Shown here: positions 33,301-45,200 of the stretch, piece by piece | How the letters are laid out: every line of letters begins with the position of its first letter | Numbering within the stretch: position 1 is the stretch's first letter | Source: Macrostomum lignano | Taxonomy: Eukaryota | Length of the DNA stretch: 64,000 bases | Assembly (NCBI GenBank): GCA_002269645.1 | Contig: NIVC01001593.1 | Span: forward strand, 199,859-263,858 | Direction of reading: 5' to 3' | Translations under genes and position numbers: made by a program | Notes under the pieces: generated by a model | The model's input: only the letters and a program-made list of their open reading frames with translations | Database searches by the model: none | Told to the model about the DNA's origin: nothing

Positions 33301-35130
33301 ATCGTAAACCAAAGGTGAAATATATAGGCTACTGTAGCTCAAACTTGCAACTTGACAATTGAAATTAGTTTGATAGGTTTTCCTACTGCCAGCTTTGGTT
33401 TGCAATCATTTCAATGGGCAACATATGTTTGGGTGATTGTAAAGCAAAGGTAAAATAGTGCTACAACAATCTTACCATCTTTTGAAATAAACAAAGTCAG
33501 TTCGCCAACATTTGATTTTGTTTTATTGGAAACTATGGATTTTATGTCTTACAACTGTTTTTTGTAGTGATCATCACTGTTTAAGGTGATTGTCACTGGG
33601 GTGATAGTAAATTGAAGGAATGCTGAAAGTTGATTATAGTGCTCAATATGATTAATAATTTTAAAATTGAAAACAGGGTTCACATTAACACACTACTTGC
33701 ATATGAGTAGGTGGTTTGCCTATGGTTAATTTTTTAAAGCATTGTTTTTGTGCATTTTTTGAAATGTGTTTGAATGATTTTTTTGCTTTTGTTTGTAGGC
33801 CTATTGTTAAATATTGTCAATGTTGTGTATAGCATATAATAGGTAAGCATGGCATGCAAAAGGTGTGCAAACAAAAGACTCTTTAGTATACTTTCTGGCA
33901 TGCATACAATATGATCTGGAGACTAGACTAGAGTAGGCCTATGGTGCATAGGGCCTATACATTGAAAATGGCAAATAGGCCTACCCTTGTTGTACTATAG
34001 GAAATCCTAGTATACATGTTGCCTTCCAAACTATGGGCTATGCTAGTGTCCCTAGTATAATTATAAAGCCAAGTTTTTGGCTAGGCCAATTCTAGTTATA
34101 GGCCTTGCTTGCATTATTTATTTTGTAAATATTTTTATAAGAAATAAAAAGCATAACTATGTGCAAAAATAATCATTGTGCCTAAATTCTAAAACTAAAA
34201 TGCAAAATACATTACAAAAATAATGAAAAATTAGGATACCAAGAGTTTTTTTTTACTTTTTAGTTCTTATTACTTGATCAAATTTAAAAAGTTATGCAGT
34301 AGGACTCATATTTTGTTCTAAAAAATATTAACATTTTTGTAAGTAAAATTCTTGCCAAATAACATTTATACAAATATTTTGTTTTAATATGATATTTGTT
34401 TTAATGACAATGTAGTAACTTTTGTTTTAGCAAGTCGAATAATTTGTTTTAACTAAATGTTGTTTAAATGAATGTAATACAAGCCAATAGAGAGGTTTCA
34501 TTTAGTACAAATATAAGGCAAGAAACTAAACATTTTCTTTAACTCCTTTGTTGGGTTCAATACTCAGTAACTTCAAAATTAGGCCTAAGGTTTCTCTGGT
34601 TTTATTGTCTTAGGCCTAATTAGTTAAATATATAAGTAAGATTGTAAGTTTAGAAAGACCATGTTGGATATAAAAGGCATTTTGCCAATATAGTTAAGCA
34701 GGGATTGCCAAACAAGCATTTTGCTGAGTAAAAAGGGTGGATTGCCTAGTAAGAAGGGAGGATTCTCCAGGACTAGATCTAGGCTATTACAAGTGTGATA
34801 CAGTATTAAGTTGGAAAAAACAGTATTAAAGCTAGAAACCCCTTGGTCAGTGAAACGCTATGTTTGGACTAAGTAGTTTAGAAATTAGTAATAATTAGTA
34901 AGTATAGTAGTCAGCAGTGTCTTGCTGCTTGGGCACTGAAGCTTCCAGGGTAACTTGTACTGACAATAGCCCATATACGTATATATAGGTATAATTAATA
35001 GGATTCCTAGTCCTAGGGTTAGAAATAATAAACTTTGTACAATTTAGTGGAGCCTTAATAGAGAGAAGTTTTGCCCTAGTACAACTTGGTGGCATTAGTA
35101 ACTAGGCACAATTACACCTGTAACAGTAAC
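30400..35130. other. AT-rich, strongly CpG-depleted, TpA-rich block of decayed repeat DNA
   Basis: About a dozen CpG counted by eye in 4.7 kb, with frequent TAGGCCTA/TAGCTA words. The adjacent young element has ~8 CpG per 167 bp. Confidence 0.75.
32840..33620. mobile_element. Ancient degenerate foldback/palindromic element
   Basis: 32936-33021 is a diverged reverse complement of 33477-33551. Motif CTTTGGTTTACGATCAC recurs about 3-4 times in each orientation. Confidence 0.6.
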
Positions 35131-35310
35131 AGTAGTAAAGATGCAGGGATTCCCCGAGCGATATTCAAGATCGATTTTCGGAAATAACAAAAATCTTTGC
35201 TTTTAAAGCACCAAACGCTATGATTTTTTACAGAAAAAACATCACCCACGAGATAAACCGACTTGAAAAAAATTACGGCTACAGATAGAAAGGATTTTTT
35301 ACAATTTGCA

Positions 35311-37434
35311 AAAAACTGATGTTCCTATCTCCGCAATGTATTAGATTGATATTCGATTTCGAGTACTTCTGCTTGCTCTCTGTCGCTGAAAATTGACATG
35401 CAGGACTTCACCCAGACACTAAGCGATTATCATAACTCAAACCGAACTCAAAGCTTCATGCTCGAGAACTATTCGAGAAAAACTGATGTTCCTATCTCCG
35501 CAATGTATTAGATTGATATTCGATTTCGAGTACTTCTGCTTGCTCTCTGTCGCTGAAAATTGGCATGCAGGACTTCACCCAGACACTAAGCGATTATCAT
35601 AACTCAAACCGAACTCAAAGCTTCATGCTCGAGAACTATTCGAGAAAAACTGATGTTCCTATCTCCACAATGCATTAGATTGATATTCGATTTCGAGTAC
35701 TTCTGCTTGCTCTCTGTCGCTGAAAATTGGCATGCAGGACTTCACCCAGACACTAAGCGATTATCATAACTCAAACCGAACTCAAAGCTTCATGCTCGAG
35801 AACTATTCGAGAAAAACTGATGTTCCTATCTCCGCAATGTATTAGATTGATATTCGATTTCGAGTACTTCTGCTTGCTCTCTGTCGCTGAAAATTGACAT
35901 GCAGGACTTCACCCAGACACTAAGCGATTATCATAACTCAAACCGAACTCAAAGCTTCATGCTCGAGAACTATTCGAGAAAAACTGATGTTCCTATCTCC
36001 GCAATGTATTAGATTGATATTCGATTTCGAGTACTTCTGCTTGCTCTCTGTCGCTGAAAATTGACATGCAGGACTTCACCCAGACACTAAGCGTTTATCA
36101 TAACTCAAACCGAACTCAAAGCTTCATGCTCGAGAACTATTCGAGAAAAACTGATGTTCCTATCTCCGCAATGTATTAGATTGATATTCGATTTCGAGTA
36201 CTTCTGCTTGCTCTCTGTCGCTGAAAATTGACATGCAGGACTTCACCCAGACACTAAGCGATTATCATAACTCAAACCGAACTCAAAGCTTCATGCTCGA
36301 GAACTATTCGAGAAAAACTGATGTTCCTATCTCCACAATGCATTAGATTGATATTCGATTTCGAGTACTTCTGCTTGCTCTCTGTCGCTGAAAATTGGCA
36401 TGCAGGACTTCACCCAGACACTAAGCGATTATCATAACTCAAACCGAACTCAAAGCTTCATGCTCGAGAACTATTCGAGAAAAACTGATGTTCCTATCTC
36501 CGCAATGTATTAGATTGATATTCGATTTCGAGTACTTCTGCTTGCTCTCTGTCGCTGAAAATTGACATGCAGGACTTCACCCAGACACTAAGCGATTATC
36601 ATAACTCAAACCGAACTCAAAGCTTCATGCTCGAGAACTATTCGAGAAAAACTGATGTTCCTATCTCCGCAATGTATTAGATTGATATTCGATTTCGAGT
36701 ACTTCTGCTTGCTCTCTGTCGCTGAAAATTGGCATGCAGGACTTCACCCAGACACTAAGCGATTATCATAACTCAAACCGAACTCAAAGCTTCATGCTCG
36801 AGAACTATTCGAGAAAAACTGATGTTCCTATCTCCGCAATGCATTAGATTGATATTCGATTTCGAGTACTTCTGCTTGCTCTCTGTCGCTGAAAATTGAC
36901 ATGCAGGACTTCACCCAGACACTAAGCGATTATCATAACTCAAACCGAACTCAAAGCTTCATGCTCGAGAACTATTCGAGAAAAACTGATGTTCCTATCT
37001 CCGCAATGTATTAGATTGATATTCGATTTCGAGTACTTCTGCTTGCTCTCTGTCGCTGAAAATTGGCATGCAGGACTTCACCCAGACACTAAGCGATTAT
37101 CATAACTCAAACCGAACTCAAAGCTTCATGCTCGAGAACTATTCGAGAAAAACTGATGTTCCTATCTCCACAATGTATTAGATTGATATTCGATTTCGAG
37201 TACTTCTGCTTGCTCTCTGTCGCTGAAAATTGGCATGCAGGACTTCACCCAGACACTAAGCGATTATCATAACTCAAACCGAACTCAAAGCTTCATGCTC
37301 GAGAACTATTCGAGAAAAACTGATGTTCCTATCTCCGCAATGTATTAGATTGATATTCGATTTCGAGTACTTCTGCTTGCTCTCTGTCGCTGAAAATTGG
37401 CATGCAGGACTTCACCCAGACACTAAGCGTTTAT
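35311..37434 (+). repeat. 167-bp satellite array, 12.7 copies (left arm)
   Basis: AAAAACTGATGTTCC recurs at 35311, 35478, 35645, 35812 ... 37315 (exact 167-bp period). Confidence 0.98.
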
Positions 37435-37576
37435 TTGCACTGAATAAATTATAATTTAGATGAAACTCAATTAGCTCTTTAATCTTATCATTTAATTAAA
37501 TCATTAGACTATAGTCTAATAGTCATGCATATTTAATGCTGCACAAAGTTAGGCCATTGACTTGTATGGTAATCGA

Positions 37577-39050
37577 TCAGCTGAGTAAATTGATGCAGGT
37601 CGAGCAGCAGAAGTTTTCCTCTTCTTGCGTTGTGGATGCACAGACGCAGTGGATCCAGTCAAGACAGAATGAGCACTCAATCTACCAGTAGTGCATGTAC
37701 AAGAAGTAAAGGTAAAGTGAGTACATGTGTATGGATATTTGGCACAGAGGTGTTTATACATACAAGAATTTTACAACTCACCCAATCAATTGTTGCTGCA
37801 CCGTCTGCTTTTGGCGGCTCTTCTGCTTGACAAATTGCACAAGAACCTTGGTTGCTATCGACGGAGTTGTTACTGATTACTTTCCATATGTAACAACGCA
37901 CTTTCTCAAGAAAGTCTTTGCTTGCTTTCTGATATTGTAGCTCCCTACCAAGAATTATGCTTCTGGCATACAAGCAGACGAAGGCACCACAACTAAAAGA
38001 ATCGTCTTGCTTAGTGTGTGGAGCGCTGCCACTGCGAAAAGTAGTATTTTCTTTGAGTGAAAAATACTCGTAGATTTCTTTTGGTGCCAGACGTAGAAAA
38101 GCACTACAATTGGTGTTCGGAAAAGCTTACATGGATGTGTATCCTTACATTCATAATTGTCTTATCTGAAGTCAAAGGTTGAAAGGAAAAGCTTCTTACT
38201 TCCAGTTTTCTACAATTCTGGGCAACACATTCTGCTGGCGGATATTACTGGTAGAGGAGTCGAAGAGGTAAACATTTCTAGCTGATACGTTAATCGCTAC
38301 CAGGTAAAAATGGCTTCCAGTAAACATGGGAACCAAAATCAAACGGACTTCCTAAAAATGAAATAATTCGGGAAACGTCAAAATCAAATTACATAGCTAA
38401 ATAGATTTTCTTGCGTGCTTAACTCACCCTCAGAAGGTGACCCTCAGAAGGTCTAGGGGGAGTGCTAACCGGAGGAGGGTGACCCTCAGAAGGTCTAGGG
38501 GGAGTGCTAACCGGAGGAGGGTGACCCTCAGAAGGTCTAGGGGAGTGCTAACCGGAGGAGGGTGACCCTCAGAAGGTCTAGGGGGAGTGCTAACCGGAGG
38601 AGGGTGACCCTCAGAAGGTCTAGGGGGAGTGCTAACCGGAGGAGGGTGACCCTCAGAAGGTCTAGGGGGAGTGCTAACCGGAGGAGGGTGACCCTCAGAA
38701 GGTCTAGGGGGAGTACTAATCAAAGGAATGCGGCCCTCAGAGAAAGTTCCAGTCAATCCGGCCAATTCATTTTTTTCTTTTGTTCTTTTGCGAATCCAGT
38801 GGAACATCATGGCTCGATTGCGTATGGTATTCCTCAAATTTAGTCGTTCTGCGATGTAGCAGAAGATGGGAGCCGAAGCTTTAAAACTACGAGGCGTTGC
38901 AAACTTTTTTATTCCATCAGTCACAACGCTATCGATCTGTAAATCGTCCAAATTTCGAGGCATTTCGTAGCTATGAAATAAAATTTACAAATGGCTACTA
39001 TGCCACAAAGATTAAGATGTGACACAGGGACAAAAAGTGGCTTACCTCAT
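37577..39050 (-). CDS. Ulp1/C48 (SUMO/Ubl-specific cysteine protease) + PHD finger, 5 exons, about 375 aa, one 1-bp deletion in exon 2
   Basis: Exons 39050-39046, 38970-38428, 38351-38200, 38103-37782, 37681-37577, all GT-AG. Phases fit if one G is restored at ~38540. Catalytic His LILVPMFTGSHFYLVAI, Asp VYLFDSS, Gln/Cys KQDDSFSCGAFVC. PHD CAIC..IDW|IECSFCLDWIHCVC..FCCSTC. The start exon is the least certain part. Confidence 0.8.
38428..38715 (-). repeat. 42-bp exonic minisatellite, about 7 copies (STPPRPSEGHPPPV)
   Basis: GTGACCCTCAGAAGG recurs at 38437, 38479, 38521, 38562, 38604, 38646, 38688; one unit is 41 bp. Confidence 0.95.
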
Positions 39051-39624
39051 CTTTTGGCGGAATACTTTGAGCCAACAGTAAGCAACATACAAAGAAGAGA
39101 AATGACCTAACAAAGAAGCCTGTCATTCGTGAACGTGAAACTATTCCTGAAACAATTCGTGAAACTAATAATTAGACGCAGCAAATTTTCTTCAAAGCTT
39201 ATTTTCAAAATCAGTAGCTACAGAGTGATTTTGAGTGGGTCCAATTTGACGCAAAATTGTATCCAGCCCTGTCCGAAGAAATATATCAGTCAAATGTGCA
39301 GTGCAAAAAGTATTTCAGCGCAGAAAATACGGGTGTACCGATGTTTGATTGCACGGCTGAAACTGTACGAACAGTCCAAGTAGGCAGGTCAGTGTACACA
39401 ACGCGAAAAAGTTTAATAGTGCTGCATGGCTTAATGAAATCAATTAAACTGATTGAACCCAATGAGTCAGTGTTTACTAGTAGAGAATCTTTAAAAAATT
39501 ATTGTAAATCAGCCAATATATGTACATCATGCATGCAAACATCTTACTATATATTCACACAAATGAACAAAATTATTATCCCAATCTAATGCACTGTGGA
39601 GATACATGTACATGTACATGTAGA

Positions 39625-40138
39625 AACATCAGTTTTTCTCGAATAGTTCTCGAGCATGAAGCTTTGAGTTCGGTTTGAGTTATGATAATCGCTTAGTGTC
39701 TGGGTGAAGTCCTGCATGTCAATTTTCAGCGACAGAGAGCAAGCAGAAGTACTCGAAATCGAATATCAATCTAATACATTGCGGAGATAGGAACATCAGT
39801 TTTTCTCGAATAGTTCTCGAGCATGAAGCTTTGAGTTCGGTTTGAGTTATGATAATCGCTTAGTGTCTGGGTGAAGTCCTGCATGCCAATTTTCAGCGAC
39901 AGAGAGCAAGCAGAAGTACTCGAAATCGAATATCAATCTAATACATTGCGGAGATAGGAACATCAGTTTTTCTCGAATAGTTCTCGAGCATGAAGCTTTG
40001 AGTTCGGTTTGAGTTATGATAATCGCTTAGTGTCTGGGTGAAGTCCTGCATGTCAATTTTCAGCGACAGAGAGCAAGCAGAAGTACTCGAAATCGAATAT
40101 CAATCTAATACATTGCGGAGATAGGAACATCAGTTTTT
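39625..40138 (-). repeat. 167-bp satellite array, 3 copies, inverted (right arm)
   Basis: AACATCAGTTTTT at 39625, 39792, 39959, 40126; reverse complement of the left array. Confidence 0.98.
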
Positions 40139-40507
40139 TGCAAATTGTAAAAAATCCTTTCTATCTGTAGCCGTAATTTTTTTCAAGTCGGTTTATCTCG
40201 TGGGTGATGTTTTTTCTGTAAAAAATCATAGCGTTTGGTGCTTTAAAAGCAAAGATTTTTGTTATTTCCGAAAATCGATCTTGAATATCGCTCGGGGAAT
40301 CCCTGCATGTAGTAAAGTGTATTTTTACTCAGGCAAGTGAGATTTATCAAATGAAATAAAAAATACAAAAAAACTTTTAAAATCTCACTAGATTCCCTAA
40401 CTAATGTAATAGACTTGTTTTAAATTTTATAAAGGTTTCAGTTCTAGTAATACTAATACTGATATAGTAGAAGTTCATTTTATATCTGTGATCTATTCTA
40501 GTCCCTC

Positions 40508-40559
40508 GCGCTGTACTTCTTATAATGCGGAGGTTGTGAGTTCGATCCGCGCCCGGGCA
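40508..40559 (+). pseudogene. 5'-truncated tRNA-Ile(TAT)-like fragment
   Basis: CTGTA-CTTCTTATAA-TGCGG anticodon arm with a 3-nt insertion, GAGGTTGTGAGTTCGATCC T-arm/B box, T-run downstream. No D arm or 5' acceptor strand. Confidence 0.5.
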
Positions 40560-41490
40560 GATAATTTTTTTATAGGCGTAGGGTTAGCATCCCCTGGCTT
40601 TAATTGTAAGATGAGAAAGCAAAGCAAAATTGTTATAAGACTTTATTGTTTATTTACGTGATGATAGTGCAAATGCCAAGCCTAATAAGGAGGAAAAAGG
40701 AATTTATGATGTGACCTACTAAAATACTTTTTTTAATTGAAACTGCGGCACAGAAAGCTAAGATTTTAATAATATTCTAGTCTGAATACAGACAATATAT
40801 CTATCATCTCTTATCTTTTTCATTAGAGTAATTATTCATATTTGTTAGTGGTATTTACTAACGCCTGACATCTACTTTGACATTTTGTTTTATCGTAGGT
40901 TTCTTAGAAACTGTATAAAACGCGTGCTTATTCGCCAATTTAGTTGAAATCGTCCTTTTTGGATTTTCCTTTTGGTGTTGGCAGGGGCGGATTTAGGAGG
41001 GAGGCAATGGTCTGCATCGCATCCCCGTCACTTCTGTTTATCTTAAATAAAAGTTTGGTTTGATGCTGGTGTTCTTTAACAGAGAAGTTTTACATGTCTA
41101 ATACAGTATGTGCTCCTCACGATCCGTAGTCCGCCACCGCGGCGGCAGGCAGGAATTCCCAACTTAGCTTCACGAATGAGGCTCATGCAGAAAGATGAAG
41201 CTAAGAAGGCTAAATTCGGTGTCGTAAATGTACCGAATGTATATTAAATAAATGTAAATGTATATTAAACTCTGCATGTCCAATGGCCCATTTTCATACG
41301 AGTACAAAGCAAATACAAGTGACAAGTGACAATAATTTCGGTTTCATAAGTTTTGAGCAACTGCACTTGCTTGGTAAGCTGAGCAAGAGGACAATCAATT
41401 GCAGCGCTGTCTATGGCCGAAATGGGTGTCCAATTACTTCCCCCGTCATATTCTTTTAACCATAGGGTAAGGCCATAGACAGCTTAAACT

Positions 41491-41731
41491 AGGTTGTAGC
41501 CTAGTGGTTGGAGCGTCGGACTCGTCGGAGCGAAGGTCGGGGGTTCGATTCTCGAACCATTCGGAACAATTTGTGTCCTTGAGCAAGATACTCTGCATTG
41601 CTTCAGTTCACCCAGTTGTAAAATGGGTGCCAGCTGGGCTAATTCAGGATGTGTGTGGCGACCCTCAGTCCTTGTACTGAGCATCCTTACGCAGCCTTCA
41701 GATGCGCCGCGCAATAGCTGCGGCTGAGCTG
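41491..41731 (+). mobile_element. tRNA-derived SINE, copy 2 (tail missing)
   Basis: Colinear with 28216-28476: same A/B boxes, GTGTCCTTGAGCAAGA, and 3' CAGATGCGCCGCGCAATAGCTGCGGCTGAGCTG. Confidence 0.85.
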
Positions 41732-42277
41732 TCAGTTGCACATCTGCCTAATAGGGCAGGTGTTAATCAATTATTTGTTTTGAACTGTAGAAAGAACACT
41801 ACGAGTCTGTTGAATTATGTGAATTAGCAGTTATTTCTTATCTCTCTAAAAAATCAATAGACTGTTAATAAGAGCAGAAGCCAACTGTAAAGTTTTCAAT
41901 GACCAGAGGAAGTACTTGTTTATGCACGAGGTATATCTGTTTTGTCTATGGCCCCAAGAGGGGCAAGAAACGCTTGAAAAATTGTCACATGTACTTTCCT
42001 TCATGTAGTCGGCCAAAGGACACCACGTTAGATATAATTAAAGCATATGATATGGAATGAATGAATGAGTATATAGAATGAGGTTAGACTCCGTAAAATT
42101 ATCAGATAGTATCTATATCCCACTGATGACAGATATGGCTTGATCACACGGGTAAAAAGTACACCGCAGTACAGTTAGATCGAATGGTCAAATGTTTCAC
42201 AAAGCGCAATTATTTGGTAAAATACTGCTCACTTTCCTCATAATTATTCATCAATAGCAATTAACATTAGATTTTTA

Positions 42278-45200
42278 TCAGGGCGCATTTCTCAGGTAGC
42301 CATCGGCCCGGTTGCCCATGTAGGCTGTCCAGCGCTGCTCTGAGTAGGGGAGAATCCGGAGACACTTCCGGTTGCTCACTCTGGCCCTCCGATTGCAGTG
42401 ACAGGTGATACGTCGCCTGCGAGTGCATGTAGGTAGAAGCGGTTGGTAAACACCAGCACTTCACTCACAGAACACCAACACGTCACTCACAGATAAACAC
42501 CAGCACTTCATACACAGATAAACACCATCACTTCACTCACAGATAAACACCAACACGTCACTCACAGATAAACACCAGCACTTCATACACAGATAAACAC
42601 AAACACGTCACTCACAGATAAACACCATCACTTCACTCACAGATAAAACCATCACTTCACTCACAGACAAACACTATCAATTCACTCACTCACTCATAGA
42701 TAAACACCATCACTTCACTCACAGATAAAACCATCACTTCACTCACAGATAAACACTATCAATTCACTCACTCACTCACAGATAAACACCATCACTTCAC
42801 TCACAGATAAAACCATCACTTCACTCACAGATAAACACCATCACTTCACTCACAGATAAACACCAGCACTTCACTCACTCACTCACAGATAAACACCATC
42901 ACCTCACTCACAGATAAACACCACTTCACTCACAGATAAACACCATCACTTCACTCACAGATAAACACCATCACTTCACTCACAGATAAACACTATCACT
43001 TCACTCACAGATAAACACCATCACTTCACTCACCGATAGACAACCAGCTGTTTAAACTTGCTAGCAAACCGGTCGCTATTTATATTGTGAGTGGAATAAA
43101 TTTTATTGAACTTTTGAGAACAGCGTCGCATAGCCATAGCTCTGTAGCGCCGCGCACTCATGCCGTAGCTCTTGTCTGCGAGATAGAGAGATGACCAGGC
43201 TTGGCTTAGGAAATTTCCACCCAATTATCTATCAAGATTTCCTCGAAACAGTGCAACTTACTGGCTCTATCAAACCTATCAGCCGAGCGGCTCAGGTAAC
43301 TGTCCAGGCAAGTTTGCTCCTGACTGGCTGGGTCATCCGCAGTGGAGGCAACGGCGAACACCGCATCGATGCTGCTACTGTCGTCGTTGCCGTGGGAATT
43401 TCGATTGACTGGCGGCGCCAAAGTGCCTGTGGTTGCTAAGGGCCGGTCTGATGAGCTGTCATTTTCAGCGCCTAACGAAGGGGGAATGCAGTGGCAGTTT
43501 TCTCACTGACATAGCTAACATGAAATTATACAAACTTAAATTAACTGAATCTAAAAGATGCATTGACCAGAAACACTGTAATCCCGCCCAAAACTGGAAC
43601 CCACAGGCACAGTGACCGGAACCCACAGACAGTGACCGGAACCCACAGGCACAGTGACCGGAACCCACAGACACAGTGACCGGAACCCACAGACAGTGAC
43701 CGGAACCCACAGACACAGTGACCGGAGCCCACAGGCACAGTGACCGGAACCCACAGACACAGTCACCGGAACGCACAGACAGTGACCGGAACCCACAGGC
43801 ACAGTGACCGGAGCCCACAGGCACAGTGACCGGAGCCCACAGGCACAGTGACCGGAGCCCACAGGCACAGTGACCGGAACCCACAGGCACAGTGACCGGA
43901 ACCCACAGGCACAGTGACTGGAACCCACAGACACAGTCACCGGAACCCACAGACAGTGACCGGAACCCACAGGCACAGTGACCGGAGCCCACAGACAGTG
44001 ACCGGAACCCACAGACACAGTGACCGGAACCCACAGACACAGTCACCGGAACCCACAGACAGTGACCGGAACCCACAGGCACAGTGACCGGAACCCACAG
44101 ACAGTGACCGGAACCCACAGACAGTGACCGGAAGCCACAGGCACAGTCACCGGGACCCACAGACACAGTCACCGGAAGCCGCAGACACAGCGACCGGAAC
44201 CCACAGACACAGCGATCAACTCACGTTCATCGTAGGCGGCGACGCCAGACGCCGGAATGTGCCGGCCAACCAGCAACAGCTGAGCGGCCGAGTTCGCGTT
44301 GAATCTTCGCCAACAGGGCAGCCATTTTGCGGCGCCTAAGAAAAGTGGGGAGAGAGTGACACTATAATCAACAGAGTGACACTATAATCAACAGAGTGAC
44401 ACTATAATCAACAGAGTGACACTATAATCAACAGAGTGACATTATAATCAACAGAGTGACACTACAATCAACAGAATGATACTATAATCAACAGAGTGAC
44501 ACTATAATCAACAGAGTGACACTATAATCAACAGAGTGACATTATAATCAACAGAGTGACACTACAATCAACAGAATGACACTATAATCAACAGAGTGAC
44601 ACTATAATCAACAGAGTGACACTATAATCAACAGAGTGACACTATAATCAACAGAGTGACGTTATTATCAACAGAGTGACACTATAATCAACAGAGTGAC
44701 GTTATTATCAACAGAGTGACACTACAATCAACAGAGTGACACTATAATCAACAGAGTGATACTATAATCAACAGAGTGATACTATAATCAACAGAGTGAT
44801 ACTATAATCAACAGAGTGACACTATAATCAACAGAGTGACACTATAATCAACAGAGTGACGTTATTATCAACAGAGTGACACTACAATCAACAGAGTGAC
44901 ACTATAATCAACAGAGTGATACTATAATCAACAGAGTGATACTATAATCAACAGAGTGATACTATAATCAACAGAGTGACACTATAATCAACAGAGTGAC
45001 ACTATAATCAACAGAGTGACACAATAATCAACAGAGTGATACTATAATCAACAGAGTGACACTATAATCAACAGAGTGACATTATACATAACAGGGTAAC
45101 ATAATAAGTAGAGTTACTGACATGTAAGATCAAAAGTGGCATTTCAGATTAACCAGAATAACATTTAGCGTAAACAGAGTACCAATCAAACAGTCGGCCA

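Larger units (their letters stand above)
35141..40308. mobile_element. 5168-bp Foldback/Mutator-like non-autonomous DNA transposon with satellite-built inverted arms and a cargo gene
   Basis: 9-bp TSD GTAGTAAAG at 35132-35140 and 40309-40317. The 170-bp outer TIR (ATGCAGGGATTCCCCGAGCG...) appears perfectly inverted and is followed inward by 167-bp tandem units. No transposase ORF inside. Confidence 0.92.

Noticed and set aside
40982-41140. Small hAT-like MITE starting CAGGGGCGGATTTAGG
   Set aside because: The putative right TIR matches only about 11/16 and there is no 8-bp TSD.
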